Shown here piece after piece: positions 11,751 through 20,556 of a stretch of DNA of 64,000 nt (its first letter is position 1; each line of letters begins with the position of its first letter). A program made the translations under genes and the position numbers. Below the pieces are notes generated by a model. The model worked only from the letters and a program-made list of their open reading frames with translations, did no database searches and had not been told where the DNA came from. Source of the stretch: Macrostomum lignano (taxonomy: Eukaryota); assembly GCA_002269645.1 (NCBI GenBank), contig NIVC01002157.1, positions 124,001 to 188,000 on the forward strand, written 5' to 3'.

Positions 11751-12716
11751 TGTTGTATCCCCCTTCCTCGCTGGCACGGCCGGGTTGGGCGACGGGTAGC
11801 GGTGTCGGGGTTCGGGTACTAGACTGCCCAGGGCTTACGAGCTCGATCGGCGACCCCGAGGCGTACGGACACTTCGGGGGGAGGTCAAGGTTGAGAAGTC
11901 GAGAGAGAGGGGAGGGGCGGCTGTGGGCGGGCGGCCACTCGACAGCCTGGTGAGTCAAGGAAGAGAGAGAGGGCTGCGGGCGGTCGGCCACTCGACAGCC
12001 TGGTGAGTCAAGGAAAAGAGAGAGGGCTGTGGGCGGGCGGCCACTCGACAGCCTGGTGAGTCAAGGAAGAGAGAGAGGGCTGCGGGCGGTCGGCCACTCG
12101 ACAGCCTGGTGAGTCAGACTGAGGAGAGAGTGAGAGAGAGAGAGATCAGGAGAGCGACCCCGAGGAACACAGGCAATTGTCTCGACAGCTTACCGGGCCG
12201 GGTCGATTTTAGCACTCATACACGGGAAGGCCGATCGATTGCAATAAATTGAGTCTTCGCAGTAAGAGACCGTCTCTACGGTTGATCGCTGGTCACGTTC
12301 GTTTTTTTATCGCGGTGGGCGCAAATGGGCGCAGGCACGGTGAGAAAAGGGGCGGGGTCTGAGCGTCGCCTTAAATAACGAGTAAAAAAGGGGCAGGGGC
12401 GCAAACAAGGGGGGGGAGAAAGGGCTTAAACAATGGAGCTGATTGACAGCTGATTGGCTGCGGCGAGGGGAGGGTGGAAGCGCGCACGGCCAGGGAGAGG
12501 GAGAGAGAGCAGAGGCCCAGCCAATCAGCACGGCTAGCCAAAGGGCTAAACAGCCAAGGCGAGAGAGAGAGAGAAAGAGAGCAGAGGCTCAGCCAAAGGG
12601 CTCATAGCTCCAGACTGGCTTGAGCCGGGGGGGGGGGGAACAATAATCAACTACCAAAGTCAACAACTATCAAAGTGCACTTGCACCAGGGGAGCACTGT
12701 GACACAGGTCACAACA
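11751..12716 (-). repeat. 3' LTR (966 bp)
   Basis: TG...CA termini; immediately preceded on the - strand by the PPT; near-identical to 19586-20556. Confidence 0.96.
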
Positions 12717-12727
12717 CCCTCCCCCTA
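12717..12727 (-). promoter_or_regulatory. Polypurine tract (AGGGGGAGGG) abutting the 3' LTR
   Basis: Plus strand reads CCCTCCCCCT directly after ACAACA. Confidence 0.88.
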
Positions 12728-12819
12728 AAAAAAAGAAAACGACGCGCTTTGACTGAATGAAAATTAAAAAAAAATGTAATGAAATGAAACTGAATGAAAG
12801 AGACCAAGAGTGTCAGGCA

Positions 12820-13225
12820 GCGGCCGAGAGCGCAGGACAGGGGCCGAGGATGTCGGACAGGCCGAGAACACCGGGCACGGCCGAGAATGCCGGACTGTGG
12901 CCGAAAACGCCGGGCATGGCCGAGAATTCCGGACAGCGACCGAGAATGCCGGGCAGCGGCCGAGAACGCCTGGCATGGCCGAGAATGCCGGACAGCGGCC
13001 GAGAATGCCGGGCAGCGGCCGAGAATGCCGGGCAGCGACCGAGAACGCCGGGCATGGCCGAGAGTGCCGGACAGCGGCCGAGAATGCCGGGCAGCGGCCG
13101 AGAATGCCGGGCAACGACCGAGAACGCCGGGCATGGCCGAGAGTGCCGGACAGCGGCCGAGAATGCCGGGCAGCGGCCGAGAATGCCGGGCAACGACCGA
13201 GAGCGCCGGGCATGGCCGAGAGTGT
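12820..13225. repeat. GC-rich about 20-bp tandem array (GGCCGAGAATGCCGGGCAGC) in the retrotransposon 3' UTR
   Basis: Direct inspection; causes six overlapping repetitive ORFs. Confidence 0.92.
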
Positions 13226-13354
13226 TCCCCGCCCTTCCTTCGGGGCCGCTCCCAGTGCCAAACAGAGGGATCACAACGACGATCAGAGGAGAGATGGGAT
13301 GAAATGAAGGAGTGAAGGTCTCTTGCCCGCCCTGGCATCCTGCCCCAGAACCCC

Positions 13355-14236
13355 CTAGACCGCCACCTCCGCCGCCCGGCGCAACAACCCCAACACGCGT
13401 CCTCCGTCGATTAGTTCAAACTGAGGGATCGCAACACTCATGACGAACCGAGTGCTTCGCTTGAAGGCAGGCCGCCGCCAGACACGCCGAGCATGACCCC
13501 GACACTTGGCGCTGATGTCACGGAGAATGAACTTGACAGTCTGAGCCAAAAGCTCGGCGATTTCGCGTCGATGATCCAGCCGCTCGCTGCCGCACAGTCC
13601 CACCATTTCAGTCAAAAGCCGGAACATCGCAGCTGGACTCCCCGACAACAAAGCGTGCCGAAGCTCCGACCGGATTCGAGCTCTTCGCTGCGTTGCCTCC
13701 CCGCTCCAGGTGTATTCCACCTCGGTACTCGGCTCGCTCCTCATCAGCCACGCTGGCGACTCCCGTTGGTCGATGACGAGCTCCGGTTCGTCTTCTGACA
13801 TCGAAGTTTCGCCGTCGGATTCATTCAAGAGCTCTTCTTCCTCTGACTGCGTGATTTCACAGCAGCTCTGAGCAGTCTCCTCGCCGCCGCAACCACCACG
13901 CTCGCTTCCTTCCGACTCCCTGTCCTCGTCTGACTCTTCTGTTTCGTCTTCAATCGTTACGACAAACTCCTCCGGGACGCACATCCCATCCGGCGGGACA
14001 AAATACCGGGCGCACTCGAGCGGGTTGCTAACGGCATCCTGCCCGAACCGGTCGTACAGCGCTCGTCGAAACGGACACAGCAGGACCGCACTCGCATGCT
14101 GCAGCCTCTGGAAATTCTCCGTTCCACCGGGTCCACACTTGTCGGGGTGCCGTCGCAGGCTCTCACGGCGGTACGCACGTCGCAGCTCCTCCTCCGTCGC
14201 GAAGGGGCTGACACCAAACTCGGCGTAGAGGTCCAT
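13355..14236 (-). CDS. Retrotransposon ORF3: class C J-domain (DnaJ/Hsp40-type) protein, 293 aa from the first ATG
   Basis: MDLYAEFGVSPFATEEELRRAYRRESLRRHPDKCGPGGTENFQRLQHASAVLLCPFRRALYDRFG follows the full J-domain consensus, with HPD at 14149-14141. An acidic linker and a predicted helical C-terminal region follow. No introns; same strand as gag-pol; inside the LTRs. Confidence 0.9.
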   Translation of the reverse strand: MDLYAEFGVSPFATEEELRRAYRRESLRRHPDKCGPGGTENFQRLQHASAVLLCPFRRALYDRFGQDAVSNPLECARYFVPPDGMCVPEEFVVTIEDETEESDEDRESEGSERGGCGGEETAQSCCEITQSEEEELLNESDGETSMSEDEPELVIDQRESPAWLMRSEPSTEVEYTWSGEATQRRARIRSELRHALLSGSPAAMFRLLTEMVGLCGSERLDHRREIAELLAQTVKFILRDISAKCRGHARRVWRRPAFKRSTRFVMSVAIPQFELIDGGRVLGLLRRAAEVAV

Positions 14237-14419
14237 GCCCGGAAAGCAGTGCCTGCAACAACCACGACTCACTTTTGAGAGCAGGGCAATGGTTCCTTCG
14301 AGCCTCTTTGGGGCGCCGATCCTTCATCCCTGATGGCAGGGTTGGGCAGGTGGGACCTCCACTGACGGGCCTTAAGAGGGGAAATATATATTTTTGTTTG
14401 TGAAGCCCAGTTTTCAATA

Positions 14420-14612
14420 ACGCGGGTGATGACGCAGACGATGCTTCGAACCAAATGTTGATGACGCAGGTGATGACGCGGATGATGCTTCGAACCAAAT
14501 ATTGATGACGCAGGTGATGACGCGGATGATGCTTCGAACCAAATGTTGATGACGCAGGTGATGACGCGGATGATGCTTCGAACCAATTATTTATGACGCA
14601 GGAGATGACGCG
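14420..14612. repeat. 44-bp tandem repeat (about 4 copies) between pol and ORF3, rich in TGACGC
   Basis: Unit GATGACGCAGGTGATGACGCGGATGATGCTTCGAACCAAATGTT; units start at 14460, 14504 and 14548. Confidence 0.9.
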
Positions 14613-14639
14613 ACATTGCGCACGCACTCACGTCCGCTC

Positions 14640-17428
14640 TTAATAATAAACGGGCGTTCCATAACGCTGCGGAACCCTTCGATCCCTCTGGGGTCGACCT
14701 TCGATGACTTCAACTGGCGCTTCCGGCTGCGGCTGCACTCCTGGCTGCTGCACATCCATTGGTTCTCCCTCCTCTCGAACCCGCCCGGAATGTCGCCACC
14801 ATCGCTCCTCATCCTCATCGTCCGATTCCTGCGAGTCCTCCCTGACGGATTCCGTCTCTTGAGCAGGACCTGGGTGGTACCTCCTTGGTGCAGGACGCCG
14901 AGGGCCACCGGTGCCGTCGACCGGGTACTTCCGGTACCGAGGCAGGAGGTTGTTAAAGTGCACCACCTTGATCGGCTTCCGTCGACCTTCCTGTCGAATC
15001 CTATAGCGCGTCTCCGACAGCTTCTCGAGAACTACGGCAGGTCCGGTCCAGGGTGAGTGGAGCTTCGCTTTGGCACCGGCCTTCAACACGGGGTTGTAGA
15101 CGAACACCTCGTCGCCAGCCACGAATTCTCGACCCTTCACCTTCCGGTCGTACCAGTCTTTCTGCACTCGTTGATATGACGTTATTCTCTCACGCACCAC
15201 CCGATGGGCTTCCACGAGCGTCTCCCGCAGGTTCTGGACTTCCTCGCAGTACGGTTCGATGTCCAGTGGGCGCGCCACTCCCAAGTCAACTGGCAGAGAC
15301 ATCTCGCGACCATGCAGAAGGAAGAAGGGTGAGTAGCCGGTGCCGCGGTGCACACTGGAGCGATACGCCATGAGCGCCGGGGCAACGAATTCGTCCCACC
15401 GCCTCTGATCCGGCTCCTTCACCAGGTGCGCCCGGATCACTGCAGTCAGCGTCTTATTGAAGCTTTCCACTTGGCCGTTTCCAGAGGGGTGATAGGCGGT
15501 CGTACGCGTCTTTCGGATATTCAGACTTTCGCACAGCTGGCCGATCAATTGCGACTCGAAATTGGCTCCCTGATCCGAGTGGATTGTTCCTGGGGCTCCG
15601 TAGTGACAGACCCACTCCTCGAGCATTGCCCTTGCACAGGTGCTGGCCGTCTGATCTGGCACCGGTACTGCCACTGGCCACTTACTGAACGCGTCCTGCA
15701 TCGTCAGTATGTATTTGTTGCCTCGGACGCTGGTTGGCAGTGGTCCAATCAAATCCACCATCACTCTTTCAAACACATGGCTGCTGGGAATCGGCTCCAA
15801 TGGGGCCTTCCGCCGCATCCCGGGCTTGCTCCGGTTACAGTCGTCACACCTTCGCACAAACTCCTCGACCTCTCGCTTCAAGCCGGGTCTCCAGAATCGG
15901 TTCCTGACTTTCTCCAGAGTCTTTGCTACGCCGAAGTGTCCACCTCCTGGTCCAGAGTGCAGCGTCTGCAGAGCGTCGGGGATCAATTTCTTCGGGAGAA
16001 CAGCCCGCGGTGGGTGACGTCCCAGATCCTTGATGACGAGGGTGTTGTCCACAATTTCCAGCCGAGGCTTTTGTGCCCAGATGGCTCGGGTCGTTGGTGA
16101 CGCACCCCGAGGTGGCTCTTCGTTTGCTCGGCCGGCGTGCATCGACTGGTAAACTGGAGCGATGTCGTTGTCCACAGCTTGTGCTGCTGCCAGCTCATCT
16201 CGGCTGAGCAACCCGAGCAGCGTCGTTACCCTGACCCCGGGGAGGTCATCAGTCCGGCACGACGGGCAGTTATCCATTTCGGGATGTCGTCGCGTCGGCT
16301 TGCGTGACAGCGCGTCCGCATTCTGATGACGCGCCCCTGGCCGATGCTCCACTGCGAAGTCGAATGGCGCCAACCTCTCCATCCACCGAGCCAACTGGCC
16401 TTCCGGCTGCCTCATACTTCGGAGCCACTGCAGACTTGCGTGGTCGGTGCGCACCCGGAACCTCCGGCCAAGTAGATAGTACCGGAACCTCTCTGCGAAT
16501 GTCACCAGCGCCAGGAGCTCGATTCGTGTCGTGCAATAGTTGAATTCGGCCCCTTGCAGACGCCGACTCCCGTACGCAATAACCCGCTCTGACCCGTCTT
16601 CTTGTACCTGCGACAAGACTGCTCCGAGACCCTGTCGGGTACTTCCATCGGTATCCAAGATGAACTCACCAGCCGTGGGGTCGAAGTTCGGGTAGGCCAT
16701 CACGCGGCAACCGGTCAATTCTTCTTTCAGCTTTTTGAAGGCCTCATCGTGTTCCTCTCTCCAACTGAACGGCTTGTCTTTCTTTGTCAGATCAAAAAGT
16801 GGTGCAGCGACTATCGAGAATTCTGGTATGAAGTTTCGGTAGTAACCAGCCAGACCCAGGAACGACTGAAGGTCTTTTGCATTTCTTGGAATGCTCCAGT
16901 CACGGACTTCCTTGATCTTCTCCGGGTCGACATCGATTCCGTCCTTTGACACGACGTGGCCAAGGAATTTGACCTCATCGGCCAGGAATCTGCACTTAGA
17001 TGGCTTTAGCCTCAAGTTGGCTGCGCGCAGGCGCTGGAATACCGCCTCGAGATTCGTTAGATGCTCGCTGACAGTTCGGGACCAAATGATGATATCGTCG
17101 ATGTAGACGAGCGCCATTTTCCACAGAAGGTCGTGTAGTACCATATTCATCAACCTTGTGAATGTCGCCGGCGCATTGGTCAATCCGAAGGGCAGCACCT
17201 TGAACGCGAATTGCCCCCGATGCGGAATGACAAAAGCAGTCTTTTCTTGATCCTCCCTTTTGACCTTAACTTGCCAATAGCCGGAGCAAAGGTCGAGCGT
17301 CGAAAATACAGCCGCACCTCCGAGCGCTTCAAGTGCGTCATCGACACGCGGGATTGCTATGGCGTCCTTGACAGTTCGTTGATTCAACTCTCTGTAGTCG
17401 ACACACAGTCGCAGTTCCCCATTCTTTT
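14640..17428 (-). CDS. pol: Pol: reverse transcriptase, RNase H, integrase
   Basis: RT (LDLCSGYWQV, PFGLTNAPATF, VYIDD), RNase H (LDTDGS, ELLAL, TDH, ADALSR), integrase HHCC (H...GGHFG...CDDC), D-D-E (VDLIG, SDQG, GQVESFN) and WTGPAVV (GPY/F-like). Joined to the protease ORF by a 1-nt shift at 17425-17428. Confidence 0.95.
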
Positions 17429-18616
17429 ACGGACACAGACCACTGGCGAACTCCACGGCGATTGGGTCGGTTCAATCATCTTCGTTGCCAAAAGCTCGTC
17501 GATTTGTCGGTCGACTTCGCCGCGCCAATGTGGCGGTAGCCGTCGCGGAGGCTGTTTTACGGCTGTTCCGGTGGTCTCAATTTCATGCTGCACGATGTCC
17601 GTCGTCCCGAGGCGCGCTGTACTCTCTGCGAAAACATCTGCGTATCGATTCACCAATCTTAGGAAACTCGCTTTGTCTGCCCCCGTGAGCTGCTTGGAGC
17701 CGTGCTGGTTCAGTGCCGCCTCTGGGTCCCATGGATCGCAGCTGGGTCGTAAAACCGACGCTTGCTCTTCGATGCTGGCTACCAGAACCTCTTGAGCCGG
17801 ATCTGATGGTCGAAACCAGCCGATGACAGCTCCCTTCCGCAGCCGCAGCTCGGAGTCCGTGACATTCGCGAAGTGAACTGGTAGGGTGTTGCCCTGCTGG
17901 ATGAGGCAGACGCTCCTGGCTAGCATTGGTCTCTCATCGCTCTTCAGTTTTTCGTCTGGCTCGGCGACGCCGAGCACTCCGGAATTCTGTGTCGCTGTTC
18001 TCCGAATCCTGGCTGAGACGGTCCGTTCGTGATTGGCCGGAATGATCAAGTTTTCGTTCAGGTACAACCGGCAGACGACTGGTTTGTGCTTGGTCTCTCG
18101 GATTGGCACACGTGAACCGTTCACGCGGAAAACTCCTCCGGCGAAATCGATTTGGCACCGGTGGCGGCGTAAGAAGTCGGTGCCTAGCAACAGTTCGTAG
18201 CCGACCCCTTGGACCACCGCAATTGGCGTCTGTAAAGTTTCTGATCCGAACTGTAGGGGAAGCGACGCGCATCCTAACACATTCATGGGAGTTCCGTTCG
18301 CTGAGATCAGGTGGGTTTCCGAAGGGCTGAGTTCAACTCGAACCGACTTGCTCAACTGCCGCCAGGTCCTCTCGTTCACCAGCGACATGACCGAGCCCGA
18401 ATCCAACAGACACGGCAACTCAATCTCGCCAATTTTTACCGACACGTAGATTGACACGGGATTAAAAGCTGTTGCAGGTTGATCTCTATCTCTTGAGCAG
18501 TCCGCCGGACATCCTGCTGCACGTCGCTCCGGGGCTGCATCTTCGTCTCGGGTTGGGGCCTCTACTGTCTCGGCGGAACTCCCTCGCCCCTGCGGAAGTT
18601 CCCCTTGCCGTTTCCC
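17384..18616 (-). CDS. pol: Gag-Pol transframe region, aspartic protease and RT N-terminus (-1 frame relative to gag)
   Basis: CLLDSGS and LLGTDFL protease motifs; VKQPPRRLP and IEPTQSPWSSPVV (RT start). Checked codon by codon: the frame is open from the GGGAAAC heptamer at 18616 to the ORF-track start at 18457. Confidence 0.9.
   Translation of the reverse strand, partial: GKRQGELPQGRGSSAETVEAPTRDEDAAPERRAAGCPADCSRDRDQPATAFNPVSIYVSVKIGEIELPCLLDSGSVMSLVNERTWRQLSKSVRVELSPSETHLISANGTPMNVLGCASLPLQFGSETLQTPIAVVQGVGYELLLGTDFLRRHRCQIDFAGGVFRVNGSRVPIRETKHKPVVCRLYLNENLIIPANHERTVSARIRRTATQNSGVLGVAEPDEKLKSDERPMLARSVCLIQQGNTLPVHFANVTDSELRLRKGAVIGWFRPSDPAQEVLVASIEEQASVLRPSCDPWDPEAALNQHGSKQLTGADKASFLRLVNRYADVFAESTARLGTTDIVQHEIETTGTAVKQPPRRLPPHWRGEVDRQIDELLATKMIEPTQSPWSSPVVCVRKRMGNCDCVSTTES
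18554..18616 (-). promoter_or_regulatory. Putative -1 programmed ribosomal frameshift signal: G GGA AAC heptamer, 7-nt spacer, H-type pseudoknot
   Basis: Minus strand reads GGGAAAC GGCAAGG GGAACTTCC GCAGGGGCGA GGGAGTTCC N15 GCCCC. Stem 1 is 9 bp (one G-U); loop GGGGC can pair with downstream GCCCC. Confidence 0.78.
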
Positions 18617-19542
18617 TGTTGCTGACGGGTTGGGCAGTTAGTCGCGATGTGCCCTGGCTTGTTGCAGAAGAAGCAGCGAATTCCTCCCGTTCGTCGAGGC
18701 TTCTGATGGTCGCCTTCGTCGGAGTCGGTCGGTCGAGCTGCGGCGCTGCTATGCGGTTCCGCTCTCAGCGACTCGAGCTGAACCACTTTGCCTTGAAGCT
18801 GCCTCACCAGTTTCTTCAACTCCTCGAGCTCTTTGTCCTTTTCTTGGGAGTAGGCTCCATCCTCCCGAGGCACAGATTCCGCCGCGCCGCTCACCACGAA
18901 GACTCCTCGGTGGCCGCTGCCAGTTGCTCCAGCCGATCTCGGTCCCTTCGCCGCCTTGGACGCCGCCTCGAGCTGCCTCACCGCGCGTTGTGCTGCCACC
19001 AGACCTTCGGGCTGCTGCAGGTAGAGCTTCTCTCGCTGGAGGTCGGAGAGTCTCACCCCTTGCATGAAGCGATCCTTCGCGAGGTCGTCCTGCAGCTCGG
19101 CAGTTGCCGCCGGGTAGGCACAGCGCACCAGTTCAAGGAGAGCATCTGCGTAGGCCTCCAACGACTCGCCATCCTTCTGATCTCGGGTTTTTAGCTCGAC
19201 CTTGCTGTCCTGCTCTGTCCGGTACCGGGAGAAGCGAGCCTCCAACCGGGCGGTGAATCCCTCGTAGTCCAGCGGATCCACAGGATCGTCGGGTCCCGGC
19301 AGGTTCAGATTATCGACCGCAGCGTACGCCGTAGCGAGATCCAGCATGCTCATCAAGTGCTCGCGACGATGCTCCTCGTCAATCTCGGCGGAGTCGCAAT
19401 AAGCGTTGAAAGAGCGCAGCCAGAGTCGAAAATTCATGCTTGACGTGTACTTCACGGGCTTCGGGAGTCTCGGTGGCTGGGCTGGTCCATCCGCTCGCAG
19501 ACGCTCGGCTAGCAGCCGAATCAGTTCGTCCACATTCGCCAT
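18562..19542 (-). CDS. gag: Gag with CCHC zinc knuckle
   Basis: 326 aa; CFFCNKPGHIATNC (CX2CX4HX4C); ATG lies 24 nt after the PBS; coiled-coil-like segment precedes the knuckle. Confidence 0.93.
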   Translation of the reverse strand: MANVDELIRLLAERLRADGPAQPPRLPKPVKYTSSMNFRLWLRSFNAYCDSAEIDEEHRREHLMSMLDLATAYAAVDNLNLPGPDDPVDPLDYEGFTARLEARFSRYRTEQDSKVELKTRDQKDGESLEAYADALLELVRCAYPAATAELQDDLAKDRFMQGVRLSDLQREKLYLQQPEGLVAAQRAVRQLEAASKAAKGPRSAGATGSGHRGVFVVSGAAESVPREDGAYSQEKDKELEELKKLVRQLQGKVVQLESLRAEPHSSAAARPTDSDEGDHQKPRRTGGIRCFFCNKPGHIATNCPTRQQQGNGKGNFRRGEGVPPRQ

Positions 19543-19566
19543 GACAGCTCACAAGCAAACTGAGCA

Positions 19567-19584
19567 GTCCCTGTTCGGGCGCCA
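19567..19584 (-). promoter_or_regulatory. Primer binding site TGGCGCCCGAACAGGGAC (tRNA-Lys(UUU) type)
   Basis: 18 nt located 1 nt inside the 5' LTR end; identical to the well-known tRNA-Lys3 PBS sequence. Confidence 0.92.
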
Positions 19585-19585
19585 A

Positions 19586-20556
19586 TGTTGTATCCCCCTT
19601 CCTCGCTGGCACGGCCGGGTTGGGCGACGGGTAGCGGTGTCGGGGTTCGGGTACTAGACTGCCCAGGGCTTACGAGCTCGATCGGCGACCCCGAGGCGTA
19701 CGGACACTTCGGGGGGAGGTCAAGGTTGAGAAGTCGAGAGAGAGGGGAGGGGCGGCTGTGGGCGGGCGGCCACTCGACAGCCTGGTGAGTCAAGGAAGAG
19801 AGAGAGGGCTGCGGGCGGTCGGCCACTCGACAGCCTGGTGAGTCAAGGAAAAGAGAGAGGGCTGTGGGCGGGCGGCCACTCGACAGCCTGGTGAGTCAAG
19901 GAAGAGAGAGAGGGCTGCGGGCGGTCGGCCACTCGACAGCCTGGTGAGTCAGACTGAGGAGAGAGTGAGAGAGAGAGAGATCAGGAGAGCGACCCCGAGG
20001 AACACAGGCAATTGTCTCGACAGCTTACCGGGCCGGGTCGATTTAGCACTCATACACGGGAAGGCCGATCGATTGCAATAAATTGAGTCTTCGCAGTAAG
20101 AGACCGTCTCTACGGTTGATCGCTGGTCACGTTCGTTTTTTATCGCGGTGGGCGCAAATGGGCGCAGGCACGGTGAGAAAAGGGGCGGGGTCTGAGCGTC
20201 GCCTTAAATAACGAGTAAAAAGGGGCAGGGGCACAAACAAGGGGGGGGAGAAAGGGCTTAAACAATGGAGCTGATTGACAGCTGATTGGCTGCGGCGAGG
20301 GGAGGGTGGAAGCGCGCACGGCCAGGGAGAGGGAGAGAGAGCAGAGGCCCAGCCAATCAGCACGGCTAGCCAAAGGGCTAAACAGCCAAGGCGAGAGAGA
20401 GAGAGAAAGAGAGCAGAGGCTCAGCCAAAGGGCTCATAGCTCCAGACTGGCTTGAGCCGGGGGGGGGGGGGGGGGGGTAACAATAATCAACTACCAAAGT
20501 CAACAACTATCAAAGTGCACTTGCACCAAGGGAGCACTGTGACACAGGTCACAACA
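19586..20556 (-). repeat. 5' LTR (971 bp)
   Basis: TG...CA termini; followed by the PBS on the - strand; contains 4x53-bp repeats, CCAAT boxes and a TATTTAA box. Confidence 0.96.

Larger units (their letters stand above)
11751..20556 (-). mobile_element. Full-length Ty3/Gypsy LTR retrotransposon with an extra J-domain ORF, inserted in IVD intron 1
   Basis: Paired about 970-bp LTRs with TGTTGT...ACAACA ends, CAAT TSD (11747-11750 and 20557-20560), PBS, PPT, gag with CCHC knuckle, PR-RT-RH-IN order. Confidence 0.97.

Noticed and set aside
13355-14272. ORF3 as an env gene, or starting at the GTG at 14272
   Set aside because: No signal peptide, furin site or TM segment is evident. J-domain similarity starts at the ATG at 14236, so the upstream 12 codons are unsupported.
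14640-15000. Chromodomain at the integrase C-terminus
   Set aside because: The tail after the GPY/F-like motif is low-complexity acidic/Pro-rich with no aromatic-cage pattern.
17420-17432. Second programmed frameshift within pol
   Set aside because: No X XXY YYZ heptamer in phase; a one-base homopolymer deletion explains it fully.
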